Positions 13,416 to 24,878 are shown, counted from the first letter of the stretch. The stretch: 64,000 bases of DNA from Calditrichota bacterium (GCA_013151735.1 JAADHR010000199.1:8178-72177), one strand, 5' to 3'. Program-made: numbers and translations. The notes: generated from the sequence alone by a model not told the origin.

Positions 13416-14447
13416 GTGGTGACCGAAGAACTGAATAGTCGAGAAAAAGAAATCCTGCGTCTGATCGTTCATGATTTCATCCTCACAGCTACGCCTGTGA
13501 GTTCTCGCTCATTGCATAAAAATTATAAACTTGGGTACAGCCCGGCCACCATCCGAAACGTGATGATGGACCTGGAAGAACGGGGCTTTTTACAGCAGCC
13601 GCATATTTCAGCCGGACGGGTTCCCACAAATCTCGGTTATCGATTTTATGTGGATAGCCTGATGAAACCCGAACGATTGACTTCCCGGGAGAAAAAAATT
13701 ATTTTGGAGGACCTGAATACGGTCAGTTCCGACATTAATCATATCCTTGAACGGGCGTCGCAGCTGCTGGCAAAAATATCCAGGCAGTTGAGTGTAGTCC
13801 TTATCCCTCATTTTTACGAGGGAATTTTTGAAAAATTGGAGCTGGTTCCGATTTCTGGAAATCGCACCCTAATGGTCCTGAAATTACATTCGGGTCTGGT
13901 AAAAACGATTATGATGGAACTGGACTTTCAGATTTCCCGTAAAAAACTGGATACAACGGCCCGTATTTTGAACCGGCGCCTGTATGGTTTGAAACTGGGA
14001 GAGATTAAACGAACGATCGATCAACGTCTTCGGAATGTATCGGGCGGTCATGCGGATATGATTCAGTATTTTATTCATCAGGCAAATGACCTCTTTGATT
14101 TTGAAGAATGGGAAGAGGTGTATTACGGCGGCACACGGAATATTGTTCATCAACCGGAATTTACGGATCAGCGGCGGCTGGAATCGCTGATGACGCTGCT
14201 GGACAACCGGAAAAGCATTATTCAGTCGCTCACAAAAATTGGAAACAACCACAAAATTGTGGTTAAAATCGGTGAGGAAAATAGGGATTTAAACATTCAA
14301 CATTGCAGTCTGGTTACCACGTCGTACCACGTGGGAAGTGTACACGGAACCCTTGGAATTATTGGACCGACGCGAATGCGTTACTCAAAGATTATTCCGA
14401 TTGTCGATTACATGTCACAAGTGTTGAGTCATGTCTTAACCAATTAG
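13416..14447 (+). CDS. hrcA: heat-inducible transcription repressor HrcA
   Basis: 343 aa. N-terminal winged HTH (REKEILRLIVHDFILTATPVSSRSL). Followed by grpE and dnaJ as in the classical hrcA operon. Confidence 0.85.
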   Translation: MVTEELNSREKEILRLIVHDFILTATPVSSRSLHKNYKLGYSPATIRNVMMDLEERGFLQQPHISAGRVPTNLGYRFYVDSLMKPERLTSREKKIILEDLNTVSSDINHILERASQLLAKISRQLSVVLIPHFYEGIFEKLELVPISGNRTLMVLKLHSGLVKTIMMELDFQISRKKLDTTARILNRRLYGLKLGEIKRTIDQRLRNVSGGHADMIQYFIHQANDLFDFEEWEEVYYGGTRNIVHQPEFTDQRRLESLMTLLDNRKSIIQSLTKIGNNHKIVVKIGEENRDLNIQHCSLVTTSYHVGSVHGTLGIIGPTRMRYSKIIPIVDYMSQVLSHVLTN

Positions 14448-14454
14448 GGGATCC

Positions 14455-16177
<1,723 letters not shown>

Positions 16178-16376
16178 TAGAAGATAGCGGGGGGACTCCA
16201 CAATCAAAAAACGTGAAAAAATTAGAGAATATTTTCGATTTACACCCAACGAGCTTCGTATTCTCAGTATTTTTTCGCTGCTGTTTTTACTACTCCTTGC
16301 GTTTCGAGGCTATGAAAACTGGCGATGGGCGCATCGAAAAATTCCTCCGGACGTTCTCGCCTTTGAAAAAGAGTAC

Positions 16377-16634
16377 GTGAAGGCCGTTCGTGATGTAAAA
16401 CGGCAGAACTCCTCGAAGTTAAGGAATAAAGAACGTTCAGCCCGAGTTCGGATTGATCTGAACAGGGCGACACGAAGCGAATTGATTCGCTTGCCGGGAG
16501 TGGGCCCGAAAATGGCCGAGCGCATTCTCCTTTTTCGGAATGACCATGGGCCGTTTAAAAATAAACGCGATCTAATGCGGATAAAGGGGATTGGTAAAAA
16601 GAAGTTTAAAGCAATAGAGCCTTTTTTGAAATGA
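16377..16634 (+). CDS. ComEA-like helix-hairpin-helix DNA-binding protein (annotated from GTG; the reading frame stays open upstream)
   Basis: HhH motifs LNRATRSELIRLPGVGPKMAERIL and LMRIKGIGKKKFKAIEP. The frame is open back to 16188 and encodes a TM anchor ILSIFSLLFLLLLAF, but with no ATG/GTG/TTG. Confidence 0.65.
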   Translation: MKAVRDVKRQNSSKLRNKERSARVRIDLNRATRSELIRLPGVGPKMAERILLFRNDHGPFKNKRDLMRIKGIGKKKFKAIEPFLK

Positions 16635-16707
16635 AATAGACTGAAACCCGAATAGTTGCCAGTTACGATTTGAGCTGCAACACAAATTAGTTTAGACAGG
16701 AGGAAAA

Positions 16708-17358
16708 ATGACAGTTCCAACGACAAAACCAAGACCCAAAGGATCGATTGTTTACGAAATATTGATTGTGATTTTAAGTATTATTTTGATACTGACCATT
16801 TGGTATCCCAAAAAGGTCTGGCAAAAAATGGACAAGGATACGACTATCTGCCGGGATCGTATGCATCGGGTATACGATGCGGAGGTTTTGTACAACTACA
16901 AATACAGCACCTATTCGGATACTCTTGACTCTGTAATGCACTACATAAAAACGGACAATATTTTTAAAGAAGATACGGTGATGGCCGCTCTCCGCGACAC
17001 ATTTTTTGTAAAAATCTATCGCGATTATTTGCGCGATTACGCCAATATGGCCACGCAGAAAGCGACAGATTCTGCATTTAATGCGGTCTCCGATACCACG
17101 GACAGCTCAAAATTCTCTATTATTTATGCCATGCTGGATTCCATTAAACGCTGTCCCACCGTGGAACGTCCTTACAAAATTACGGTGGTTGATACATCCG
17201 CTGCAAAGGGAATCATTATTCAATGCCCCATTGACAGCACAGACATTGCAAAAGCAAATTCCAATTTCATCTTTCATTTTCTCGGGGGCGCCAGCCTGAA
17301 AAATCATGGCAAAATTGAAAACGGTGAGCCCAGTTGGACTGAGACAAAACGAAAATAA
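16708..17358 (+). CDS. hypothetical protein with type IV pilin-like N-terminus
   Basis: Basic leader MTVPTTKPRPK, then G, then a hydrophobic helix with Glu at +5 (G|SIVYEILIVILSIILIL). No other recognisable domain. Confidence 0.4.
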   Translation: MTVPTTKPRPKGSIVYEILIVILSIILILTIWYPKKVWQKMDKDTTICRDRMHRVYDAEVLYNYKYSTYSDTLDSVMHYIKTDNIFKEDTVMAALRDTFFVKIYRDYLRDYANMATQKATDSAFNAVSDTTDSSKFSIIYAMLDSIKRCPTVERPYKITVVDTSAAKGIIIQCPIDSTDIAKANSNFIFHFLGGASLKNHGKIENGEPSWTETKRK

Positions 17359-17511
17359 GGCCCGGCGCCGGGCAATGTAACAGAAACAAGCCGTTTACAG
17401 TTGCATTGTTTGAACACGCCAGTGCCTCGCTTTTTATAGAGATTTTCTGATGTCAAAAAATAAAATGGGGATGCGTAATCCTTAAAGACGTTGTTCCGAA
17501 AGGAAATACCG

Positions 17512-18453
17512 ATGAGTGAATCTGCTGTTGGTGCGGTTTTGGGAGAAAATGCTTTTCTCCTGGTTCAGTTGGGTCGATCTGAAAATGGATGGGTACTCGA
17601 AAATTTTGTGGAAATGAAACTTCCCCACAAATTTCGACTGCTTACCATGAATGACGAGACTCGCTTTCGAGAGATTCGTCAGATATTTCAGGAAAACCTG
17701 TCCCGGAATGGGTGGGTTCAAAAGGTGAGTACCGCCATAAATCCGGACCTTTTCTTTGTAAAAGAAGTCCCGGTTGACCCGAAACTGCCAGAAGATGATG
17801 TTGAAAGGCAGGTGTTTTGGGAAACCCAACAATTCTTGCCGGAGGATTTGAGCAAAAACTACAAGATTACATGGATCCGTGTTTTGCCGGAAAACCCACT
17901 TGTGGTATTGCTCATTTTTAGAAAGCTGGTGGTTGAACGGATTCAAGAGCTGTTTGAGGGAATGCAAAAAGATCTCCAACATATTGGCGTTCGTCAATTT
18001 ACCGCACTGACAGCAGTGGAAAAATTGTTTAAACCTAAAGGACGCCTCATCGGTCTGGCAGATGTTGGAAAAACCTCGGTCACCATTACCCTCTTAAGAG
18101 ATGGGACCTATTTTCGATCGAAAGAAATGGATCTGGATGATTACGAGGAAGATGTCCTGGAATCTGATCAAAATCTGTCCAAAGCCATCAATCGAGAACT
18201 CGATCGGCTGCTTCTTGAAGCTGAAATCAAGGAATCGGATTCCCCCATCTCGCAATTGTTTGTTCATGGCGAAAAAGCCAGCCCGGCCCTTGTTTCAGCC
18301 CTGACAGGAGGTCCGTCGCTGGAGGTAATCCTTCCCAATCCTTTTGAAGCCGTTGAGATTCCAGACGGACTGAAACATTCAGTAGGCGCTCTGGACAATC
18401 CGGCAAATTGGCTGGCCGGGTTTGGAGCGGCTTTGGAGGTGTTGGAGTCGTAA
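17512..18453 (+). CDS. PilM-like actin-fold protein (type IV pilus assembly ATPase-like)
   Basis: N-terminus AVGAVLGENAFLLVQLGRSENGWVLENFVEMKLP resembles the PilM/FtsA fold start. A second nucleotide-binding-like segment GLADVGKTSVTITLL. Start taken at the ATG preceded by AAGGAAA; the ORF track begins at 17491. Confidence 0.5.
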   Translation: MSESAVGAVLGENAFLLVQLGRSENGWVLENFVEMKLPHKFRLLTMNDETRFREIRQIFQENLSRNGWVQKVSTAINPDLFFVKEVPVDPKLPEDDVERQVFWETQQFLPEDLSKNYKITWIRVLPENPLVVLLIFRKLVVERIQELFEGMQKDLQHIGVRQFTALTAVEKLFKPKGRLIGLADVGKTSVTITLLRDGTYFRSKEMDLDDYEEDVLESDQNLSKAINRELDRLLLEAEIKESDSPISQLFVHGEKASPALVSALTGGPSLEVILPNPFEAVEIPDGLKHSVGALDNPANWLAGFGAALEVLES

Positions 18454-18552
18454 TTCAGAGCACACATCGTGTTTGGGAAGGCATAACTTTTCAGGGGGGG
18501 ATCAGTTGGGTGACCGGCGGAAGAGGGTCTCTTCTGAATTGGAGGAAATAGC

Positions 18553-19671
18553 ATGTTAAATGTAGATTTGCTGAAGGGAAAAGATATTCCTTTGGCAGAA
18601 GAAACGACTGAAATAAAGGAATCAGAATTTTTATCAGCTGAATACTTTGTTTCGGAAAAAGAAACTCTGGAAACAGCCGGGGAAGAGCCGGCGGAAAAAA
18701 CAGAACAACCTCTGGCAGAAGAAGACCATGGCAGAACGTCTCCGGAAGAGCCAGAGCAAACGGCGGTTAAGGAGGAAACCATTAAACAGCCGGTAGAAGA
18801 AGAGGATTTTGTTTTTCCAAAGAAAAGCAAATTTCCGATTATTCCGGTCGTACTGCTTTTTGCTATTGCTCTTATTGTATTGGCGTATTTCAGGTTTGTT
18901 TCAAATAAAAAGAGCGGGCCGGCTCCTGCAAACGTGGCGGTTACGGATACTACCAAGAGAGCGGTAACGCCTGCGGTAAAAGAAGCTGTTTCCCCGAAAG
19001 GAACAACGCATCAGACGGCCAAGGAAAAGATGGCACCGGTAGAAACCGCTCAACAGACAGTCGCCCCGGTTGCAGCCGGTCTCTCAAATGAAAAGAAAGC
19101 GGGTTTTGCCGCAGTCAATTTGTTCGGCAAGGTTTTGGGGGCGGTTCCATCAGGTGCGAAAATCGCTTTTCTCAGCTTTAACTCCGGCTATTTTACAATT
19201 GAATTGTATGCTCCCAAAAAAGAAATTCTAAAAGCCTTTCTGCAAAAGGCCAAAGCCAGTGTGCCCTCATTCAGCTATAAGATTGTGTCCAGCGATCTCG
19301 GGTTTTACAACGGCAAAAAAATGCACCACACCATTGTTTCGGGGCAAATTGCTCTTTCCGGCGGAACGGCTGCTTCCGGCAGTGTTCTGATGCGGGAAAA
19401 AGCAAAAGCGGCCCTTTTGGGTCTGGCCAAAACAGATCGGGTTCGCGTGCGCGAAATTCGACAATCGCCGCTTGTCACCGATGAAAAGGGAAAACATGTT
19501 CCAATGACTGTAAAGATTTCTGCATCGGCAGAAAACATCCAAAAATTTATTACCGATTTATTGAATCAGTATCAGAATGTGGGGGTCACAAGAATTTTGA
19601 TGAGCGCTTCCCGGTCAGGAAGGGCAAACCAGCAGGATGCGGCGCTCGATTTGAATCTCTTTTTTGAATGA
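18553..19671 (+). CDS. bitopic membrane protein with acidic N-terminal region (possible PilN/PilO-like partner of the PilM-like protein)
   Basis: 372 aa. ~95-aa acidic cytoplasmic region, one TM (IIPVVLLFAIALIVLAYF), an Ala/Pro/Thr-rich linker, and a ~200-aa periplasmic domain. Call rests on position and topology only. Confidence 0.35.
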   Translation: MLNVDLLKGKDIPLAEETTEIKESEFLSAEYFVSEKETLETAGEEPAEKTEQPLAEEDHGRTSPEEPEQTAVKEETIKQPVEEEDFVFPKKSKFPIIPVVLLFAIALIVLAYFRFVSNKKSGPAPANVAVTDTTKRAVTPAVKEAVSPKGTTHQTAKEKMAPVETAQQTVAPVAAGLSNEKKAGFAAVNLFGKVLGAVPSGAKIAFLSFNSGYFTIELYAPKKEILKAFLQKAKASVPSFSYKIVSSDLGFYNGKKMHHTIVSGQIALSGGTAASGSVLMREKAKAALLGLAKTDRVRVREIRQSPLVTDEKGKHVPMTVKISASAENIQKFITDLLNQYQNVGVTRILMSASRSGRANQQDAALDLNLFFE

Positions 19672-19677
19672 TGCAGG

Positions 19678-20253
19678 ATGCGCGTTATTGCCGGGCGATG
19701 GGGCGGAATTCGCTTAACCTTTCGCGAGCAAAAAGGGGTTCGGCCAACCACTGATCGGGTAAAGGAAACCCTCTTTGATATTATTTCCGATCGTCTTGCG
19801 GGCGCACGTGTATTAGACCTGTTTGCCGGAACGGGTTCCTGGGGTATCGAAGCGTTGAGCCGTGGGGCCAGAGAGGTCGTTTTTGTGGAAAAATTGCCCC
19901 GAATGATTCAGAATATACGGGAAAATCTGGAAAAAGTCCGCTGCACAGAAGGTTTTGAACTTATCCGGCAGGATGTGCGGCGGTTCCTGGAACAAACCAA
20001 ATATGAGGGGGAACCGTTCGATATTATTTTTGCAGATCCTCCCTATCATTTGAGATTAGGACAAGCAGTAATTTCAGCCCTTTCAAAACAAAGGTTTTTG
20101 GAGCGAAGGGGCATTTTTATTTTAAAACACGGCTCGAAAGAAAGACTAACCGAAACCCGCACCCTCAGGCTATTCCGGGTTAAAAAAATGGGTGAATCCC
20201 AATTGTCTTTTTTTGAGTTCGGGGAAACCGCGGAAAATACGATTGTCAAATAA
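19678..20253 (+). CDS. rsmD: 16S rRNA (guanine966-N2)-methyltransferase RsmD
   Basis: 191 aa. Family N-terminus MRVIAGRWGG..L. Motif I DLFAGTGSWGIE. DPPY motif IIFADPPY. Confidence 0.8.
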   Translation: MRVIAGRWGGIRLTFREQKGVRPTTDRVKETLFDIISDRLAGARVLDLFAGTGSWGIEALSRGAREVVFVEKLPRMIQNIRENLEKVRCTEGFELIRQDVRRFLEQTKYEGEPFDIIFADPPYHLRLGQAVISALSKQRFLERRGIFILKHGSKERLTETRTLRLFRVKKMGESQLSFFEFGETAENTIVK

Positions 20254-20269
20254 GATAAAAGGAAAAATT

Positions 20270-20779
20270 ATGAGACTGGCAATTTATCCGGGAACATTTG
20301 ATCCGATTACCCACGGCCATATCGATATTGCCGAACGAGCCGTGACGCTCTTTGACAAGGTTGTCATCACAATTGCAATAAATTCCTCAAAAAAACCACT
20401 CTTTACGGTGGATGAGAGAAAACAAATGATCGTCGAATCGGTGAGCCACCTTCCCAATATTGAAGTGGATGCCTTTGAGGGTCTGCTGATGGATTATGCA
20501 AAAATGAAAAAGGCCGCCGCCGTTATCCGCGGTCTCCGGGCGATTTCAGATTTTGAATATGAACTGCAAATGGCTCTCATGAATCGAAAATTGGCTGAAG
20601 ATGTGGTGACGGTTTTTCTGATGCCCAATGTCAAGTATACCTATTTGAATTCGACTATTGTCAAAGAAGTGGCCAGTTTTGGGGGAGATATTTCTGATCT
20701 GGTCCCTTCTGTGGTGGAGCAGCGTTTGAAGGAAAAGTTTTCCTTGTTGGCCAGTACGGGTACCAAAAATAACAAATAA
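20270..20779 (+). CDS. coaD: phosphopantetheine adenylyltransferase
   Basis: MRLAIYPGTFDPITHGHIDI (T/HxGH motif). The ORF-track start at 20192 overlaps rsmD; the internal ATG at 20270 matches the family N-terminus. Confidence 0.9.
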   Translation: MRLAIYPGTFDPITHGHIDIAERAVTLFDKVVITIAINSSKKPLFTVDERKQMIVESVSHLPNIEVDAFEGLLMDYAKMKKAAAVIRGLRAISDFEYELQMALMNRKLAEDVVTVFLMPNVKYTYLNSTIVKEVASFGGDISDLVPSVVEQRLKEKFSLLASTGTKNNK

Positions 20780-20786
20780 AAAAAGA

Positions 20787-21779
20787 ATGGAGAGAAAAAT
20801 GGAATTCATTCAATCGATTCGAAATAAAGCAAAAGAGCGGAAGCGGAAAATTGTGCTTCCCGAAGGGACCGAGGACCGCATGATTCGGGCTGCGGAGATC
20901 ATCAAAAAGGAAGGCATTGCGGAGATCACCCTTTTGGGTAACGAAAATGACATTCGCAGTAAGGCACAAAAACTGGGTGTGAATCTGGGGAATGTCACAA
21001 TCATTCATCCGGAAGAAAGCCCCGATTTCGATTCGTATGCAGAAACCTATTACGAACTGCGAAAGGAAAAGGGAATGACGCCGGAGCAAGCCCGCGAAAC
21101 CATGAAGAACCCGCTTTTTTTCGGAGCGATGCTGGTTAAAAAGCATATTGTCGATGGGAGTGTTGCCGGTTCTGTCCATACCACCGGAGACGTACTCCGG
21201 GCAGCCTTGCACATTATTGGTCTGGCCCCCGGAATTTCCGTCGTTTCCGGTGCATTTGCGATGGTGATTCCCGGCTGGGATCAGGTGTTTACCTTTGCCG
21301 ATAGTGCCGTTGTTCCGGATCCTACCCCTGAACAGTTAGCAGCCATTGCCAGAAGTTCGGCCCAAACCCACAAAAGTCTGACGGGAGAAGAACCCGTTGT
21401 GGCCATGCTTTCTTTTTCAACGAAAGGAAGCGCCAAACATCCCCGCGTCGATAAAGTGCTGGAAGCGTTGAGATTAGCGAAGGAGGCTGCCCCGAACCTT
21501 AAGATCGATGGTGAGCTTCAAGTGGATGCCGCCATTCTACCGGAAATCGGAGCCCGGAAGGCACCGGGTTCGGATGTGGCCGGGAAAGCCAATGTCCTTA
21601 TTTTTCCCGATCTGGATTCGGGCAACATCGGCTACAAATTGGTGAACCGGTTTGCCCGGGCAGCAGCCATCGGGCCGATTATTCAGGGGCTGAATCAGCC
21701 TGCGAATGATTTGTCCCGGGGTTGCAGTGTGGACGACATTGTAAACGTAGTGGCAATCTGTTCATTAATGGCAAAATAG
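20787..21779 (+). CDS. pta: phosphate acetyltransferase
   Basis: 330 aa. Pta-type catalytic domain (KIVLPEGTEDR...; C-terminal SRGCSVDDIVN). Confidence 0.85.
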   Translation: MERKMEFIQSIRNKAKERKRKIVLPEGTEDRMIRAAEIIKKEGIAEITLLGNENDIRSKAQKLGVNLGNVTIIHPEESPDFDSYAETYYELRKEKGMTPEQARETMKNPLFFGAMLVKKHIVDGSVAGSVHTTGDVLRAALHIIGLAPGISVVSGAFAMVIPGWDQVFTFADSAVVPDPTPEQLAAIARSSAQTHKSLTGEEPVVAMLSFSTKGSAKHPRVDKVLEALRLAKEAAPNLKIDGELQVDAAILPEIGARKAPGSDVAGKANVLIFPDLDSGNIGYKLVNRFARAAAIGPIIQGLNQPANDLSRGCSVDDIVNVVAICSLMAK

Positions 21780-21794
21780 GCGACAGGAGAAGCT

Positions 21795-22991
21795 ATGCAA
21801 CTGGCCGATCGGGTAAGGAGGATTCAGAGTTCAAAAACAGTGGGTATTTCGAATACGGTGCTGCGCCTGAGGCATGAAGGGAATCACGTGGTATCTTTTG
21901 GTGCAGGTGAACCCGATTTTGACACACCGGACTTCATTAAGCAGGCGGCTATTGAGGCCATTCAGAAGGGAAAAACAAAATATACGCAGGTGATGGGAAT
22001 CCCCGAACTTCGGGAGGCCATCGCAAGAAAATTGAAAAAAGACAATAATCTGGATTTTGATACGGACCAGATTGTGGTATCCACAGGCGGAAAACAGGCC
22101 CTGTTTAATGCGGTTCTTTCTCTTTGCCAGGAAGGGGACGAGGTGCTCGTCCCCACACCCTATTGGGTAAGTTACCCGGAGCAGGTGAAGCTGGCCGGAG
22201 CCTCACCGGTTTATGTCCCTTCGCGGGTTGAAAACGGGTTCAAAATAACGGCAGACGATTTAAAACGGGCCATCACCTCAAAGAGCAAACTCCTGATTTT
22301 TAACAGTCCCAACAATCCTTCCGGGGCGGTTTACGATCGGGAGTGGCTGCAGGACATTGCGACGGTGCTGGCCGAAACCTCTCTTGTTATTTTGACCGAC
22401 GAAATCTACGAAAAAATTGTATTCGATGGACGAACCCATGTTTCCCTGGCGTCATTTCCGGAAATCAAGAATCGGGTCGTCGTTGTCAATGGGGTTTCAA
22501 AGGCCTATGCCATGACGGGCTGGCGCATTGGTTATGCGGCCGGCCCCCGGGAAATTATTTCGGCCATGATTAAAATACAGGGACACAGCACCTCAAACCC
22601 GAACACGATCGCGCAGTGGGCAAGTGTGGCAGCCTTGAGCCATGACGCAAAAGAGGTACGGGATATGGTGGCCGAGTTTCAAAAGCGGCGGGATTATGTA
22701 TACCGGCGTCTTTCGCAAATGCCCGGCATTCACTGCAGAAAACCCGAAGGAACGTTCTATATTTTTCCAAAGGTCTCCGATTATTTTGGGAAAACCTATC
22801 ATTCCTACAGAATTTCAAATTCATTTGATTTTTGCCAGTTTTTACTGGAAGAAGAAAAGGTGGCGCTTATCCCCGGGGGGGCCTTTGGAATGGATTCATT
22901 TGTCCGGATCTCTTTTGCAACCTCCTTCCAGGAAATTGAGGAAGGAATGGATCGGATTGAGCGGGGACTTACAAAATTGTACTCTCGTTAA
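21795..22991 (+). CDS. pyridoxal-phosphate-dependent aminotransferase (class I, aspartate aminotransferase-like)
   Basis: 398 aa. Fold-type I motifs, including the PLP lysine region VVNGVSKAYAMTGWRIGY. Confidence 0.8.
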   Translation: MQLADRVRRIQSSKTVGISNTVLRLRHEGNHVVSFGAGEPDFDTPDFIKQAAIEAIQKGKTKYTQVMGIPELREAIARKLKKDNNLDFDTDQIVVSTGGKQALFNAVLSLCQEGDEVLVPTPYWVSYPEQVKLAGASPVYVPSRVENGFKITADDLKRAITSKSKLLIFNSPNNPSGAVYDREWLQDIATVLAETSLVILTDEIYEKIVFDGRTHVSLASFPEIKNRVVVVNGVSKAYAMTGWRIGYAAGPREIISAMIKIQGHSTSNPNTIAQWASVAALSHDAKEVRDMVAEFQKRRDYVYRRLSQMPGIHCRKPEGTFYIFPKVSDYFGKTYHSYRISNSFDFCQFLLEEEKVALIPGGAFGMDSFVRISFATSFQEIEEGMDRIERGLTKLYSR

Positions 22992-23178
22992 AACTGATTA
23001 AAGGGAACAGATTGGTAAGTCGATAATAATTAGGTACCAATTTATCTTTTAATGGAACAATATTTGTAGACATTTATTGCACAGATTCTGATTCACGCCC
23101 AAAGTGATCAGTTTTTACCGGATATTGTTCCCTTGTGAATCATTTTGAAACAGCCAGGGTTTGGCGTGGAGAGTACAG

Positions 23179-24306
23179 ATGGAAACGTTGGGTTTAAATG
23201 AAACACTCGTAATTGACCAGCGGAAATTCTATATTGAGACAAATTATATCGACGAGGAAAACCGGGTCGTCTCCCACGTGTTTGAAAATGGAATGCTTCT
23301 GGAAACACGGGAACGGAACCTTTATTCTGAAGTTAAAGAAGAACATATTCAAGAATCGGTAAAAGAACTTCAGCGGGAAAGTGTTCGGAGAATGGAAGTT
23401 CTTTTTTATGTTCAGAAAAAAGTGTGGCGAAAGAAGCACGCACTTTCATATAATAAATTGGGTGTTGTTTTTCTTCAAAAGAATCTGATTGCTGATGCCA
23501 AAAAGAATTTTCAGGAAGCCATTGCGATTGATGAAGACCTGATCGATGCACAAAAAAACCTGGCCATCGCTTTTATTAAAAATCAAGAGTTTGACCAGGC
23601 ACTTAAGGTGTTGAACCGTGCAATTGAGAAGGAACCCAATTTTCCCGACCTGCACAATTACAAAGGGATTGCCCTGTTGGGGAAAAAAAATTTTCTGGAT
23701 TCAATTCAGGCTTTTGAAACCGCCCTTTCGCTGAGCGAAAATTATCCGCTGGCGCACTTGAATATGGGGTTAACGTATTTGTCCGGGTTGGTTGAATCTC
23801 CTATTCATCCACAATTATTGCCATTAGAAGAACGTCAACAAAAATGTCTGGAGCACCTTAAAAGGGCGGCCGATCTCGACCGTGATTTGCGGATGCCTGA
23901 GTTTGATTCCGTTATCCGCCTGGTTCAGGATTCTCAATTTCGGGAGGCTTTGGATGAATTACTGGAAATTCACAGCAGCCGGGCATTCCGATTGAATTCC
24001 GTTCTTGAAAATGAATTTTATCTGAATTTCATGTTTGGGGGCAAAAGCAAAGATGAACAGGCGGTAGAAACATACATCGAAAATCTAAAGGCCGAAATTG
24101 CACGGTATCCGCGCTATCCCGATTTACACAACAACCTGGGAGTGGCGTATCTGATTCAGTGCCGAAATTTGTTCTTGCGCGCTCTGGAGGAATTTCGCCG
24201 GGCCATTAAATTAAATCCAAATTATAAACTGGCAAAGAAAAATTTGAAGCTGGCGGAAAATGAGGGCAAAGGTCTTCTCATTTTGTTGCGGGCGTTATTA
24301 AAATAG
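23179..24306 (+). CDS. tetratricopeptide-repeat protein
   Basis: Multiple TPR-like helical repeats. Start taken at ATG 23179 (METLGLNE); the ORF track lists a TTG at 23161. Confidence 0.55.
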   Translation: METLGLNETLVIDQRKFYIETNYIDEENRVVSHVFENGMLLETRERNLYSEVKEEHIQESVKELQRESVRRMEVLFYVQKKVWRKKHALSYNKLGVVFLQKNLIADAKKNFQEAIAIDEDLIDAQKNLAIAFIKNQEFDQALKVLNRAIEKEPNFPDLHNYKGIALLGKKNFLDSIQAFETALSLSENYPLAHLNMGLTYLSGLVESPIHPQLLPLEERQQKCLEHLKRAADLDRDLRMPEFDSVIRLVQDSQFREALDELLEIHSSRAFRLNSVLENEFYLNFMFGGKSKDEQAVETYIENLKAEIARYPRYPDLHNNLGVAYLIQCRNLFLRALEEFRRAIKLNPNYKLAKKNLKLAENEGKGLLILLRALLK

Positions 24307-24320
24307 GGTAAAATCCAATT

Positions 24321-24815
24321 ATGAAAGATCGATTTAAATTGGTGAAAATTTTTTTCTGGATATTTTTTTTAGGAACACTTGGCGTAACCAGCACCTTCGC
24401 ATCGGTAAAACAAATTTCCGTAACCCCCCTTTCTCCTGAAGCAGGCAAGGCCTCGGTTTATGAGATTGCTTTCAGCTTGACGGAATCCTTCCCCTCAACC
24501 GGACGTGTGGTTTTGGATTTTCCGGCTGATTTTGATTTGTCGCAGGCCATTCTGGCGGGTTCCCCTAATGTGAACGGTGGATTCAAGGTGTTTGTAGAGG
24601 GACAGAAAGTCATTGTGCGCCGAAGCGGCCTGGGTGCAGCGATAGCTGCCGGCCAATCGATTATCCTTCGTGTGGCAAATATTCGGAATCCGAAATCGGC
24701 TGGAACCTACAGTCTATCGTTTCAGGTGTTGGCCGGAAAGAGGGTTCTGGGAGAGGTAAATTCGGTCTCTTTTTCCGTGTTACCCAGGAAAAGGCCATTG
24801 AAACCCGTTCGGTAG
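24321..24815 (+). CDS. small secreted protein, paralog of the N-terminal domain of the downstream giant surface protein
   Basis: Signal peptide. Residues 28-140 align colinearly with residues 24-140 of the 25331 ORF (SV..V..S...AG....Y.V.F......G..VV.F.A.F.L......A.S....GGF...V.G..V...R.G.G......AG......AN..N...AG.Y.L...V). Confidence 0.5.
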   Translation: MKDRFKLVKIFFWIFFLGTLGVTSTFASVKQISVTPLSPEAGKASVYEIAFSLTESFPSTGRVVLDFPADFDLSQAILAGSPNVNGGFKVFVEGQKVIVRRSGLGAAIAAGQSIILRVANIRNPKSAGTYSLSFQVLAGKRVLGEVNSVSFSVLPRKRPLKPVR

Positions 24816-24878
24816 GAAGAAACCTTTACGAGGCGTTTGCCCCTTCGTAAGCGCAAAGTTTAAAATTGGGTTAAAAAA

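Noticed and set aside
17360-17373. 14-nt GC palindrome GCCCGGCGCCGGGC right after the pilin-like gene stop
   Set aside because: Could be a terminator stem, but no U-tract follows and the stem is short. Not reported as a feature.
18264-18956. 230-aa minus-strand ORF rich in Ser/Ala/Gly
   Set aside because: Antisense to the Ala/Pro/Thr-rich linker of the 18553 membrane protein and the end of the PilM-like gene. Low-complexity mirror translation.
22992-23178. 9-bp long-range inverted repeat (AAGGGAACA ... TGTTCCCTT, ~125 nt apart) in the aminotransferase-TPR intergenic region
   Set aside because: Arms too short and too far apart to call a structured element without covariation evidence.
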